Under the pieces are notes generated by a model. It was not told the origin of the DNA. It saw nothing but the letters and a program-made list of their open reading frames with translations, and did not search any database. A DNA stretch of 64,000 nucleotides, taken from positions 1 through 64,000 of the IMG/VR virus record IMGVR_UViG_3300035661_000023, one strand, 5' to 3'. The translations under genes and the position numbers were made by a program. Positions 47,168-60,757 of this stretch are shown piece after piece (positions within the stretch are counted from its first letter, which is position 1; every line of letters starts with the position of its first letter). This stretch comes from a virus.

Positions 47168-50100
47168 TTACTCATAAGCCAGATCAACCAGTTGAGCAAC
47201 AGGAATTGATGCATCGGTGGTACCTAGCGCATAATTACGAATTGTGTATGGTTTGAATCCAGGTTTGTACACAACAATGTCTACATTCTGTTGAACTGAA
47301 TACTCATAGTTCCAATATGTCACCGAGTTGTTTTCTATAGAAGCAATAATGGTTGTTGTACCTGCCATCAGGACCACGATATCAGATCCAGTCTTAAGAC
47401 CAGTCAGTGTCAGATTGTTCACAGATGCTGGATAGTAATTTCCCACTACATTGTCTAGTTCTGTAAACAGGCGGATTGCCATTAACTTACTGGTCGGTTG
47501 TGGTGCAAATACACCAATTGTGTTAGTCGCAGTGATTGTCCCGTGAATACCAACAAGACTCACCTATCCAGATGCAGTAGACAAACTCGCCGCTGTGTTG
47601 CCATAAGATGCTGTGGTTACAGTAAATGTTGTGGCGTTTACAATAGCATGCACGAAGTAGGTAGTTCCCGTGCTCAGACCACCAATCGCGGTTTCTACTC
47701 TGAACCCCATACTTGAGTGTAGGTTAGCAGTGCTGTCACATGTTACTGCTGCATACGTACCGGTTATTACTGTAGATGTAACACCTTGAGGAAAGTTAAC
47801 TACCCATGTGGAGCCGGAGCCGGAGCCGGAGATATTTGCTACAATATATGTACCAGAAGTAACCCCGGTGCCTGTCACCAGCATACCAGGTACTATTGTG
47901 CCAGCAGCTAATGTTCCGACTGTTAATGTAGTTCCAGCAATTGTGGATCCATTCAGTGTCGCTGTTGTATTAGCAGCAGTTGCTGAAATTGTAGCTACTA
48001 AAGTACTAGAATAAATTGTGTCACCGGTAGCCCAAGACCCAGTAACGCTGGAGCACGCGATGCTACCAGTTGTTGATGTAGTTATAGTTTCGTCGGCTTC
48101 AATTACAGCCGTACCAGTTGCAGAGGCGGCTGATAGTGTGTTTCTAATTGTTTCACCGATGACAAACTGTGCAGTCTGCCCTGTGTATTTCATGACATAT
48201 CTTGCACTAACCCGAAACTTGATTCTGAAACCAACTGATGGATCAAAAGCAGTTTCGTATGCTAGATTGCAGATCCCATTATTGCCGTTTAGCAATTTCC
48301 AAGAACCAGAATAACCAGCACCTCTGTCTAAATCATACTCAAGTTTTGCACCCAGAGATGTTACTGGGCTCAGTCCAATATCAACGCCATAGATGTGTGG
48401 CATGCGTCTAGAGAATCCAGTTACACCCTTGATAACATGAGGCCACTCGAATGTGACAACATCTGAGTTGGTAGTAAAGAACAAACCACCCGAGTTATCA
48501 AAATAAGCATTACCAGATACAAACGCATAAGGTTTCAACGACTTAGTCGATGGAGACATTCTAACATCCAAACATCCCTTGTTTGCAGCTCCCCATGTCA
48601 TTTCGTGGAACATGTTATCATAAACCGCAGCAAGTGATGCTGGGTTAACTGGGAAACTATCCTGAGATGGGTTAGTGGTCATATTCCATGATACAGCACT
48701 GTTTACTGGGATAGAATCGCAGCCAGGGGACCCTTTGTAGATTGTATCTAAAGAAGAAGCACCCCACGGACTAATTCCGCTTAGGGTTGATGTTACGTTC
48801 TGAAACTTGATCCCAGATGATGCGTTGTTAATAATAGAATCAAAATACACAGTAGACACATAATTTCTTGGATTGACCATCTTGATATTATGTAAGTACA
48901 CATTATAAGCAGCTGTGGAATATCCCAACAAGTTACCGACGGAACCATTGAACGAGATTGTGGAATTCTTTATCGTGATACCACTAGCTCCGTTCTATGG
49001 ATACAATAGAACGTTTCTATCAGCCAGATAGTTGTTTGCCGGTTGATAATTATCGATCGTGTGATTTGAAGATGAAGCATAAGCAAACGCTACATCTGTT
49101 CCACCAGATTCTGTACTGTAAACTTGGTTCTGATCGGTGATTGTAAAATTAGGTCCTGAATTATCGACATGCAAGTGAGCCCAATACTGACCAGTAGGTG
49201 CTGCTTGGATGTTAGTAACAATACCTGCTGGAGCATCATATAGGAAATAACCAGAAACACCATCAGAGAAGTTGAATAATTGTTGCGGCAAGAATGCAGT
49301 AATAGCCGTCGCATTAGGTGGTGTCGGCACTGGTATAGATGATCCAACTGTGACCATAGCTCGTACAGCTTCTACCATACTACCCATCAGTGGCAATCTG
49401 ATGACTGCGTTAGTTGCGTTTGATGTTGTTGTAAATGTTACAGAATATCTCTTCCATTGGTTAGTCAAAACCAAGCTATTAGTTGTAGTTCCAAACAACA
49501 GATCACAAGTAATATAGTCACGAAGATCTGGGTGTCTAGCTCTTAGATAGACCTAGAATGTATACGGGACTCCGATTCCTGTGTTGATAGTTTGTGTCAG
49601 AGTTCCGTTTGCAGCAGCAGCATATAAAGATGCCCCTAGTGCAGTTCCTAGTGCAGCGTTATTGCCAATAAGGTTGTCAAATGGTGTATACACAGCAGCG
49701 TTTGTTGCTGTGATGTTCGATGCCACCCATGTTGTTGCTAGAGTATCTGATTGCAGTGCCTGGTTTTGGATGACAACAGGAGCAGTAGCAATGCCAGCCA
49801 TCTCAGGCAGTTCTTGCCCAACAACAAAGCGTAGTGTTTGATTCACAAATGTATTTGTGTTTGCAACGGATACTGTCATGGAAGTTGCAGAGTCTACAGT
49901 CTACACTACACTATCTAAGCCAACGTTAGAACCGAAGATATACATTCCGGGAGCAGGACTGAAGCCGATATAAGATCTGTTATTACCTCTAGATGTCACA
50001 TTAGCAGTTAGGTTAGCAGACAGCACGATTGTATCAAAATCTGGCACATCTATCACAGTAGTTCCTACTGGAATGCCGGGTCCGGTTACAATTACTCCTG

Positions 50101-53100
50101 GTATGATACCGTTGGCAAAGAAGTTGAATACCGTAGATGATAGTACGTTTGTACCAACTTTTCCATCAATTTCAAATGATGCTTGCCAGTAGTACCAGCT
50201 ACCTTGTGTGGTGATTGTGTTAGCCGCAGCAGTGCCAGAGCAGTTTGCGATCGATGCAGCTCCACCACCGGACAATTTGCGCAGTCTGTAGTAGTACGTC
50301 GTTCCTTTAGTCACACCATGTGTGTCATTAAAGAACATCTGCCCAGCAGTTACTGATTGTGTAGCACCAATTAATGTTGTAGCATCTCTAGCAGTAAAAC
50401 CTGGTGTAGTTGATCTGAACAACTGATATACACCTTTATAGAAAGATGCAGTCATACCAGACGCAGTTTTAGTAGCAGGCTTGTTGATAGTAAACGTTGT
50501 GCCGTTTGTGATACCTGTTACAATTGCTCCGTTCACTGGGCTGCCAGCGGCACCACCGAATAAAGCCATAGCACCAGTTGCAACTTGGTTACCGTTACTT
50601 AATACCATGACAGTGCCGACTTGCAGACCAGCAGTTGATGTACAAGTCACTGTTGTGCTACCGTTTGTTGTAGAAACAGAAGACGCTGTGTTTAGTGCAG
50701 TACTAAATTCTGTCGATTGGTGATATACGGAAATTCTGTTATATACTGGCATAACATCTGTATACAAAGTCCAGGTAGGAGTTGTTACAGAAATGTCAGA
50801 AGTATACGCAAACCTACCCGTTATCGCAGACACAACACCAACGGCATTACCATTATTCGCAATGCCAATCCAAGATGTAACATCTGGTAGATATTTCAGA
50901 GCAGACCAAGTAACACCATCGGTTGAAGTGGCGAAGCACGCAGATGCTTGAGCTGCAGTAAATGCTGTGTGTGATGTAGTATTCCACACAGAACCAGCCA
51001 TGATCACAAACACAGAACCAGTGAATATGATCTTAGAATATGTCATACCTGTGGGGAGAGCTGGTGCAGTGCTAGCTGTCCAGGATGTTCCGTCTGTGCT
51101 GTATGCGGTAGGCCCTGTTGTACTTGAACCCGAAATTGCAACGAATTTTGAAGCACCGAATGCAATCTATTGCCATAGAGATGATGCTAGAGCACCACCA
51201 GCAGTCCAAGTTGCTCCATCTACGGAATATGCAGATGCAGTACTTGCCACAGACCCACCTGCAATTGCTATATATCTTCCTGCACCGTTTGAAGTTACAT
51301 CAATCCAAGTGGCTGATGCTAATGTGGTTGCAGTAAAAACGAAGGACCCGGTTGTTACACTACCTCTAGTGCCAGCCGTTGACACAGCAGATCCACCAGA
51401 TACTGCTACCCATTTATTTGTTGCTTGGGTGTTATCAAATGCCAGTTTTTGCCACTGAGCAGCTGCTGGTGCAGTTGTTACTTGTGACCAATCTTTCCCA
51501 TTAGTGGAAATTGCAATTAATGTAGAAGCCGCCCCACCACCACCGATTGCCATAAAGTAGTTCTGTGTTGGGCACCAGATAATATCTCGCCAGTATGTAG
51601 AAGCTGTGGTTGATGCTATAGGTAATTGATATGCAGTCCAAGTTACTCCATTATCATCAGAAACCATAGCTGTGTTAGCACCAACAGCTATAGCCCCGTC
51701 TAAAAATACCCATGATCCATTACCGTATGCCATACAAGGTGCCGTTGTTTGCTACCAAGCCGGAGTTACACCCACACGCTGTGGCATTTGCAAATACTTC
51801 GGGAAATTGCCATGCACACCACAAATTGGCATAGAATCTACATAAGACGTTACATCTTGCACATTTGTTGTTTTGTATGATCTAGACTTCAACCAGTATT
51901 TTGTGTCTTTTGCAATGTACTGTTCGTTCTTAACATCTGCCAGAACACGCATACCAGATGCCCAGCTATACCCCTCATTGTTGATACCAGTTCTGTGTGT
52001 GATATTAGAAATCTTGGTGTTGTTGACAACATAGCACCCCATCACACCATTGACATTATACAGCTTGATGTTAGAATAGTTATGATTATTACCAGCACTA
52101 TTTGGTGAAAATGCAGTGTTGTTTGGTCTAGTTTTTGGATATGAACCAACCTGGATTCCTTTGAAGTTGTTGATCGTGACATTATTAGAATAACTAAGTC
52201 CAAAGAATCCTGCATATGCTGAGCCAATCGATGGGTTTGTCTACAAACCGTAGTTCATATGACCACCAAACGTCATCGTCACATTTTGTATATTTGCATT
52301 AGAAACATATGACCACAAAGCACTAGTCAACGAGTTACCAAAAGAGGCAGTATTGCCTAATAACATACGATGTTCGCGAACTACCCAGGGTCCATAATAT
52401 GTGTACGCAGTTGTGCTAGTCGTTGTGTGTGCAGCAGTAGAAATCACTAATGATGTCGCAGAAACTACTGAGGTAACAGTTGCCGCATGAATAGCTGCAC
52501 CACCAGTAGTCAACAACATACCAGGAATAATAGCAGTTGATGACGGTATTGTGATTGTTGTTGAAGATGCAGTAGAAGCACCAGTAGCACCAAGAGCTAC
52601 TGGGCTAGTTACCATCATCCCGAATGATGGTAACTAGAATGCTACGTTATCCATCGATAGCTGGTAGCACTCTGAAATGAATGGAACACACTGCCCACCT
52701 GAGTTAGTGATTGATACAGAACTAGCTTGTGAGAAGTTAGAATATGATTCACCAAACAGAGTCTTGTCAAAGCTAAATTTCCCCCCACCAGCAGAAGTTC
52801 TTAAGTGGAACGGAGCATTACTAGATGTAAACACCGCATTCATGAAGTTAGCCGGAGAATAATCCGTTAACATTATGTTTGGGACTCTAATCTTAGCACC
52901 GGTCGGCGGGAGAGTCCCATTCGTGCCATCTCCGAATCTCAGTGTAGTTGTATTCTGTGCATAGATAGGCAGAATTGCTGCCATTGGTATATTAGCAAAA
53001 CCAGTAGTACCAGAAGATGATGCAAAAGATATTACACCATTAATCGTGAAACTAGTTGAAGATAGTACTTCTTGTACCACAGCACCACCAGATATACTTC

Positions 53101-54649
53101 TGCTGTACACCCAAGTACCGGGTACTAACCCAGCGGTCGATGTGCAGGTTATGACATTTGTATTTACAATTGCATTTGTGTTGCCCAACATTAAGTATTG
53201 GCAAGCAGATTTATTAAAATCTTGAGTGAATACTTTTCCCCCATCGCCCTTCCCGACGGAACGAAATCCATTACGCATCCAGTTCCATTGTGCATAGTCT
53301 GGAGAACCAGAAACATTAACCCATGCTTCATATACACCAGATCCAGAAGCTGTCTCTACCCATATAGTTGGGATATAGTCACCGGTAGTATATGGAGATA
53401 TGACGGTCTGCCCAGCGATTCCGGAGCCAGTGCCAATCTCAATCCAATTGCCGATGGTTTCGAATGTACCAAGTCCGTTTGTGCAGTCGATAGCACTGAG
53501 AACTGCTGTTGTGTTAAGTCTGCCAGTACCAAATCGAATTGGTGTTGTTGTGCTAGAGTTTGTTACAGAGACCTTCCCATTAGTGACGGTCAGTGCTGTA
53601 GTTCCTGCTAAGAAGACTTTCTGATCAGTGTTGACAGTCAAAACAGCACCGTTGTTTACAGTAATGCCATCACCAGATACTAATCTTGGTTTGATCAGTT
53701 TAAATTCTCTGTTATATGCAGCAGATGTGATTGTGGTCACAGACCACTTGACTCCGTCATATGAGAAAGCACCCACCGTACTTGAAATGGTGAGAGCAGT
53801 AAACATCTGCAAACCGTTCGAAGCAGCTTTACCACCAGCAATAATCCAGTTACCAGTAGCAGGAAGTGTAGATGCAAGCCACGTGGCACCGCCATCCAAA
53901 GAATATGCACCTGTTGTTCCAGTTGATGGAACTGCTACCCATGTCCCATTAGAATTGCCAATGTTTGCCCAGCTAATCATAGACCATGCTGCAGCCGATG
54001 GCAGAACTCCAGATCGCAGAGTCCAGTTCTGCCCATCGGTAGATGTACACACATCTTGAGACCCATTGGCGATAAGCACAAACACACCATTGGCAAACTT
54101 CAGATCAATCCAAGCAGCAGTAGAGGGTAGAGTAACTGAGGACCAAGTCGATCCAGCATCGATCTAATATGCAGCTGATGTAGAAGAAGGGGCTACTGTT
54201 ACGAATGTATTGTTGCCAAATGCTAGCAATGACCAAGCTGCAGCAGATGGAAGTGTAGAAGCAGTCCAGCTAATACCTTCCTTGTGTCGCATGTAAGCAG
54301 CAGAAGTTGTGGATGTGTTAACAGAAACAAATGACCCATTACCGTATACACATTTCTTCCATGCAGTACCAGTAGGTAATTGTGTAGCAGCATTAGTAGA
54401 AGCAGCACCAGAAGTTAGAGGAGCAATAACGGCGGCACTAGTTCTGTCTGCGGCTACTAAAACACATAATCCATCATCAGAAAAGTCCCAACCTGTCCAT
54501 GTAGATACAGCAGAGAATATATTACCAGAAGTAGTCCAATTCTGCCCATTGACAGAATAATAAGAAGTTTGCGCGCCGTTTATGGGTGTGTAAAACTGGT
54601 ACCCGACTTCTGAAATATTTTGATCTGTTGTTACAACGTATTGAGTCAT
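47168..54649 (-). CDS. Giant (about 2490 aa) tail-fibre/receptor-binding protein with BNR/Asp-box beta-propeller repeats
   Basis: Ten track ORFs share one frame. Boundaries checked by hand are TAG. Repeats SxDG.(T/S)W and W..(I/V)A(Y/F)GNG. Ends TAA. Confidence 0.8.
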
Positions 54650-55188
54650 TAATTAAAACCCTCTGGCCATCCTGTATTGATATCTATTGATTCTGGATTT
54701 TCAGAATCATCCACCAATGATTTTAAGTACTCTGCATATCCATAAATGCTTTGTTCTTGAATCATCTGGGAATAGTATATCTATTTAATGAGGTCAGAGG
54801 TCATTAAAATCTTAGAACTACTCATTGTTTTCCACATTAAATCTTGTGGGATATTCTCACCAGCAATCAGTAGAGCCAATTGTTGTAATTTAGAATGTGT
54901 GTCGGAGTGAAACCAATTTTCTCCTACTTTACAACCACCATTGGTCATCTTATCATCTCTGATTGCTTGTATATTATTCCAAACATCATCTGCTATCTTT
55001 TTATTAGCAATGTCCATTACACCAAAATCACCATTCACTGCTCTATTGAATAGTTCAACTCCCATTGGGTCTGTATCTGCTGAACTGGCGATATATGGAG
55101 TTTCTACTTCCTGATCTTCAAATACTACATTCATTGAAATAGTATGTCTAGTGCGCCATTTTGGTGAATTAGCAGATATGTAGTTCAT
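54649..55188 (-). CDS. Tail-fibre assembly protein (DUF4376-like)
   Basis: PYIASSADTDPMGVELF..A..GDFG, IQAIRD...WFHSD...WKT, and C-terminal GWPE after the TAG. Confidence 0.7.
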
Positions 55189-55193
55189 AATAA

Positions 55194-55499
55194 TTATTCT
55201 GTCTTATTAAATTTTACTGTGTTCAATAGATTACTAATATTAGAACTAATTTTCTCAATATCTTCATCCATTCTAGCACTCTCAGTTGCAATGATATTGA
55301 TTTCTTTACTTAGATGATCTACTTGTCTTTTAACTAAATGCAATGCAGTATTGAAGTTTTCGTGCTGCATTTTGTCATTGCTACAAGAATCATATAATAT
55401 TTGTTTTATTTTATCAGATGTCTTTTTCTGTCTAATCAAAACAAATACTATAACTACAAGCAATAATAGAATCAGTAGATCTATATAATGCATAATCAC
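55194..55499 (-). CDS. Small membrane-anchored coiled-coil protein
   Basis: N-terminal TM helix followed by heptad pattern. Confidence 0.6.
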   Translation of the reverse strand: MIMHYIDLLILLLLVVIVFVLIRQKKTSDKIKQILYDSCSNDKMQHENFNTALHLVKRQVDHLSKEINIIATESARMDEDIEKISSNISNLLNTVKFNKTE

Positions 55500-55789
55500 A
55501 CCTTGATATCTTTATATTTGGAGATTTCATTCCGAAGTTTATCTACTTCAGATCCCAATGTTTGAATTTCCATGTTGAGCATGTGGTTCTCTTTGACCAA
55601 CTGAATCAAATCATAATTCAGTTTCTGCATCTCTTGTCTTAGTAAATCTAATTGTTTGCCTAATTCAACATTACGAAAGATCATCAATTTGATACAATCT
55701 GTATTGTGCTTCTTTTCTGTATACAAAAGAAGACACAACGCAACGCAGACTAGACAAATTAGTAGGGAAATGAATTCCAGATATATCAT
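55496..55789 (-). CDS. Small membrane-anchored coiled-coil protein
   Basis: N-terminal TM helix followed by heptad pattern. Confidence 0.6.
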   Translation of the reverse strand: MIYLEFISLLICLVCVALCLLLYTEKKHNTDCIKLMIFRNVELGKQLDLLRQEMQKLNYDLIQLVKENHMLNMEIQTLGSEVDKLRNEISKYKDIKV

Positions 55790-56115
55790 GGTTGTGGTTT
55801 CTTATTGAGCAAATCCTCTAGCTCCTGAATCCTGGAATTCGAGTCTCGAATTTGGTGCATCAATGACAGATTCTGCTCATGAATCTCTGTCAATTGATCA
55901 CGCGCCTTTTTTAATTCTGTAGACAGTAAAGTGACTTGGCTCATCAGCTATTCAATCTGCTGATGCTGCAATGTACCAACCGAAGTTACTTCTTCAATTT
56001 TAGTTTTCTTAAAATAAAACCAGATGCCGCTAAGAAGTGCAACGAAGCTTATACCGATAGAAACCTATCCGCCGCCATTCTAGTTCCCTATCAATGAAGC
56101 GATTATTGTGTCCAC
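55786..56115 (-). CDS. Membrane-anchored coiled-coil protein
   Basis: GTG start, TM (IGISFVALLSGIWFYF) and coiled coil. 3 TAGs. Not in the track. Confidence 0.55.
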
Positions 56116-56495
56116 TCTCGATCCTTATTCTTATGTTCACTTACAATAATGGTGTTTATGACGAATGCAACAAAACAAGAAACTCCTATCACCATCATGA
56201 TAGTCATTTCAATCGTTGAAGATGATTTATTTAATGCAAAAAACACCCATATAGAACCGGCTCCCCATAAGGATGCAATTCTTGCATATAATTGATGTGG
56301 ATGGAATGCAATTGCAACCAATTGAATAGACTATACCAATATGCACAATATCCCCCATAGAGGAACATAGTTTTCTAATTGATCTGTGTCAATTTGAAAT
56401 AGAAATACAACACCAATGATCAGCATCGCGATACTAGATGCGACCTCTAGTGCACGTGTGTCTGGTGTAATGAAATTCCTGACAACTGGGCTCAT
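56103..56495 (-). CDS. Multi-pass membrane protein
   Basis: MSPVVRNFITPDTRALEVASS..., about four hydrophobic segments, one TAG. Confidence 0.6.
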
Positions 56496-56785
56496 CTGTT
56501 TTTTCTCACGTTGTGCATGTTGAAAATTAGCATCACAAGAATATTAAAGATGGACCAAGCATAATTGGACCACTCTGTACCTTGCAGATCACCAAGAATA
56601 TAGAAAGAATACTACCAACCTGACTGTGCAATAATTAGAACAACACATGCCATACTGGCAAGATAGATTTTTACTTTATCCATCTTACGTCTGGAATTCT
56701 TGTAAGTAAATCCCATGCCAAACAAGGCTGTAATCGCCATTACTATTGGCACAAGATCTACAAAAAACATTATCCCGATTTGCAT
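56492..56785 (-). CDS. Three-TM membrane protein
   Basis: MQIGIMFFVDLVP...IIAQSGW*YSFY...WSIFN. ATGA overlap with the next gene. Confidence 0.55.
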
Positions 56786-56802
56786 TTAGTGCTCCATCTA
56801 TA

Positions 56803-57138
56803 TTATTCCACCAGGATTTGACCAAACTGAAATCTGATTTTGGTTACCCCAGGTGAGCCAGTCACACTGTACACATAACGAGGTCTAGTTAATGTTGTAG
56901 TATCTTCTACAATTATTTGATATATGCCTTGCAAAGGTGATGTTTTGACTATGCTTGCTGCATAAGTTGTACAACCATTCTCATATTCCAAGATCTGACA
57001 TGTGATGTCAATTTCCTAAATGTCAATTGCAACACCGGTGGAATCTATTGCTTGGCAAGTGAATGCATTATCCTACCCTTGATAGACATACAAGTCTCTT
57101 TTTGAGACTATAATATCCGATTGACTGTTGATGGACAT
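56803..57138 (-). CDS. Small structural-type protein (QG.DF family)
   Basis: LYVYQG*DNAF...IDI*EIDITCQI...RYVYSV...RFQFGQILV. Confidence 0.6.
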
Positions 57139-57139
57139 T

Positions 57140-57928
57140 TCAATCTCCCATCAACTTTCTGACTCTGAGTTTTCTAGCCGTATCATCTGTATTCAGAGAG
57201 TATCCGGGCATAGTATAACGTTCTTGATCACGTGCCGGATCGGATGTATATTTCTGCACGGAATCTTTTAATGTGTTCTGAGTCTTTAACCCAAGTTTAG
57301 AGAGCATACCGATCATGTCGGCATAAATCTTCTTCTGATCTAATGTCATAGCCTTGGCACCAGCTTTCTTGATCAGTTCATCTACTTGTTTCTGTGGTTC
57401 AGTAGCAGATAATTTGATGCTCAGAGCACCAGAGATAATAGAAATTGCCTGGAGTTGGTCCTACTTTGTCGCTTCGAACAACTTCTCTGAGTCAATGCCT
57501 ATCTTTTCAGCAGATTCAAAGATTTTGGAGAAATTCTTATTCTTGAAATGATCAAACATCTTGATCATACCAACTGGATCTTTAACCGCAGATTCTGAAA
57601 CTACAGATTCAAATCCCATTGGGATTGAGTGGCCTTTATATGTGCCAGCTTGAAAATGTAATGATTGTTTAGATGGAATCAGATCAATAGGAAAAACTCT
57701 TTTCGTTTGTCCCTATTCATTCACAACGACTACATAATTGCTACGTTTGTCCAGAATCTCATGCAACTGATCTTCAATCAGTACTGATCTGCCGATGGTG
57801 AACACATTCTAAGAGAAGAACTTTTCTCTTTCTGGTGTGGGTTTGATCTATTCCTCAACCAGTTTGGCACGTGAACGTTCCTCTGTGTTGCGAAGTTTAT
57901 TCCCAAAATCTTTGAAATTGATGGCCAT
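57140..57928 (-). CDS. Hypothetical protein resembling the C-terminal domains of T4-like cytidylyltransferases
   Basis: MAINFKDF...REKFFS*NVFTIG...EILDKRSNYVVV, in frame with track ORF 57140..57349. Confidence 0.6.
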
Positions 57929-58015
57929 CTTTATAGAACTCAATGTTAGTGATAAGTGTATTTAATCCTTATCAATCTTCGTGGGCACAGTTTGGAACAG
58001 ATTTGTTACCCCTCG

Positions 58016-58645
58016 TCATGTGTCTCCCTCCCAGCAGGTACCTCTTGCTTCGAACAGTCTATTCAGAAAAGTTTTAAACTTGACTCCCTCTGATATGCCC
58101 ATCCCCGCGCGTAGCTCTTTCATAAGGAGAACGGCCTCTGAATCTTTAAAAGTAGGCGGGAGACCTTTTTTAAAATCCACTATATCATTCCTAAAAGCAG
58201 CATCACGCATTTTGGTAGCCGACATACCTGTTGCTCCATCAGCATCTGGATCTCTATCTCCAGCAGATACAATTTCAATCTAGCTAAAAGAATAATCTTT
58301 CCCATTATATTTGTTCAATAGTTCTTTAAATTCCGGAATCCGGTCTGAGCCTGCTACTACAACTAATTTGTCATACTTCCCAGACAGAGACTTAGCTAGT
58401 TCTACAATGGTTCTAATTTTGTCATTAGCAGCTACAATATTCACACCGGGAAACATCTTCTTCGCCCAGAATACTTTTCTGTTCACGGGCAATGGATTCT
58501 TCTTCTTGTCCTGAGTCTTTGAAAGCATTATCATCTGATCTGCACCTCTGTGGAGGGATTCCTCTACCACTTTCTTAACAAGTAGTAAGTGGCCAATTGT
58601 CTAAGGATTCATCCTAGCGAACTATAGAACTATCGTGTTTTTCAT
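58016..58645 (-). CDS. Cytidylyltransferase-like (HxGH) nucleotidyltransferase
   Basis: IVL*FARMNP*TIGH...KNPL...VAGSDR...YNGKDY...SAGDRDPDADG..GMSATKMR. Confidence 0.85.
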
Positions 58646-58647
58646 AG

Positions 58648-59343
58648 TTATCGGTTCTTGTTGGAATTATGAGCATCTGCCAAATGTTGCAGAGCATCTT
58701 TCTTGCTACTGAACCCAGTTTCTGAATACTGAGAACCAGCTGGAGTTTTATTGAACACATTCCCATGTCTGTTATGTTCACCACCATGGATGGTTGCTTG
58801 CCACAGTCTCACATTTTTGCGTGATGTGACGATGCGACTACCAGCAGGTTTCTTATCTTTATATCCAGAGTATGAAGCAACGTGACCAATATGCTTCCCT
58901 TCATGGAATACATCATGATGCTCTTTTGGTTGACCGCTTGCGTGTACACCAACTGACTTTTCCTTGTTCTTCACTACATCGAACTTTACATCTCGAGATG
59001 CACTGGTAGCTGGAGAATCAGAAACAAAGGCTGCTTCTTCTAACTCAGAAGATTCATTCCTTCTGTATGGATTTGGATTCAATTTCTCAAAATCCTTAGA
59101 AACACTAGCATGAGGATATGCTACCTCGGTTCCGTCTTTATGCTGTAGAGTAGTAAGTGTTCTGCCGATCTTTGTTACTTTTCCAGAAAGAGTTTTGAAT
59201 TTCATTGTCGGATGTTTAACCCAAACTGAATCACCAACTTTATGCTCTAGACCTTTGGCACCAGAATCTTTTTCTGCATTATAGGTATTACCGCGTTGTA
59301 CCGCCTCATTCAGTCGAATACAATAATCTTTAAAGCTAATCAT
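58648..59343 (-). CDS. Hypothetical protein with a capsid-targeting-like N-terminus
   Basis: Intact track ORF starting MISFKDYCIRLNEA. Confidence 0.65.
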   Translation of the reverse strand: MISFKDYCIRLNEAVQRGNTYNAEKDSGAKGLEHKVGDSVWVKHPTMKFKTLSGKVTKIGRTLTTLQHKDGTEVAYPHASVSKDFEKLNPNPYRRNESSELEEAAFVSDSPATSASRDVKFDVVKNKEKSVGVHASGQPKEHHDVFHEGKHIGHVASYSGYKDKKPAGSRIVTSRKNVRLWQATIHGGEHNRHGNVFNKTPAGSQYSETGFSSKKDALQHLADAHNSNKNR

Positions 59344-59506
59344 TTTCCATCCTTGAAGTATTTTCAGTTCGCCAATTTAATATCTATTTAATATTTCTTC
59401 CCACATAATCAATTTTAAATTTTTCTTACATCCTATTTTCTCACTTGACTACTATAATCAAACTACTGATGTAAATGGTTTTGACAAATTTTACAATCGA
59501 ATTCAC

Positions 59507-60757
59507 TTATGATCTTGCTGTCTAATCCCAACCTTTAATTATCTTAGGATCCCAATTATTTTTGCTGAATGCAAATCTGTCTACCAACTTAACAGCATCA
59601 CCATCACTATTAATTGCTACAAAACCTTCGGGAGATGTTACTTTGTACCCATTTTCTGTGCGGAGTAGATGCTTGATATTCTAAGCACGATTGAGTACAC
59701 CAACAATAACACCTTTTACTTCATCTATAGAATATGAGAGATCGAAAATTTTCCCAAGTTCGGCAGTATTTATCGACGTCAGGAACTCTAGCACTCTCTG
59801 TCTTTTGGCAGTTGCAGAATCCTTTCCCTTAGCAGACTTCTTCTATTCGATATCCTTGGCATACCTGTCATGTACAAATTGTAAGAACCCGGCAGCAATC
59901 TTGATACCAGGTTCCACCTTGGTACCAGTCTTTACTCTATTATTGATATACATCAACATCAAATCAAGTGCTTCCTGGTCTGAATGAATATGATCGATGA
60001 TTCGACCGTTAATCTAGTTAAAGAGTTTACCAATATCAGACAACTTCTTCTGCACTAGTGCATCTTCCTCCGGTGTGAAGTTTGCACGGCCGGTCTGATT
60101 CTCATACGTAGCATCAATAGCCCATACAGAACTGACCTTCTTTAGATCAACAGTAAGACGCTCACCGAATGATGCATTCAGAGAAGCAAAATCAGATCCA
60201 GTATACTTGGTGTGAAAAGCAATACCAAGTTTGGATTTCTTGATAGTAGCACCGAGTTCAGAATCAACAGGAATCGCATACACAATTGTGTTTGGTTGGA
60301 AAGTGTAGCACTTCTCACCATCAATTTCATGTGTCCCAAGATCACCAGGTGTGTACAATAGATCACCCTGGATGATACCTTTGATACCCAACTTCTTCAG
60401 TTCCGGCAGAGCAATAGAGAACTTAGTATGCAGTTCTCCGGACAGATCTGCGTCGATATCAGCTTGGGTTTTGTAAACTTTTGGGCTTTTATTAAAAATA
60501 CCCTTCTTGGCTATGAAGAACTTACCATCTGATGGATCAATACCACAGATGATTGCGGGAGCTCCGTCCCACTTCACACTTACATTAGAAGAAGTCTTGG
60601 CACCATTATTCCTGAGCATGTCTCTAACATCACGCAGGAAGTTGATGGCTTTTCTTGTCCCAGTAACTCCCTCCATGAATACCAAGTCCTGGAGATGTGT
60701 CATATGAGAATTTACTTTTGCTTCTTGAATGAGCTTATATTCTTTAAAACTTATCAT
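59507..60757 (-). CDS. Conserved T4-like protein (DUF6267-like) that usually neighbours the cytidylyltransferase
   Basis: HMTHLQD...VKWDGAPAI.CG.DP..GKFF..KK..FNK...QGDLLY...FQPNTIVY...PEGFVAI...VKLVDR..FS..N. Read through TAGs to TAA. Confidence 0.8.

Noticed and set aside
59344-59506. Possible endonuclease remnant (LKLIMWEEILNR) in an AT-rich spacer
   Set aside because: Too short and stop-ridden to support.
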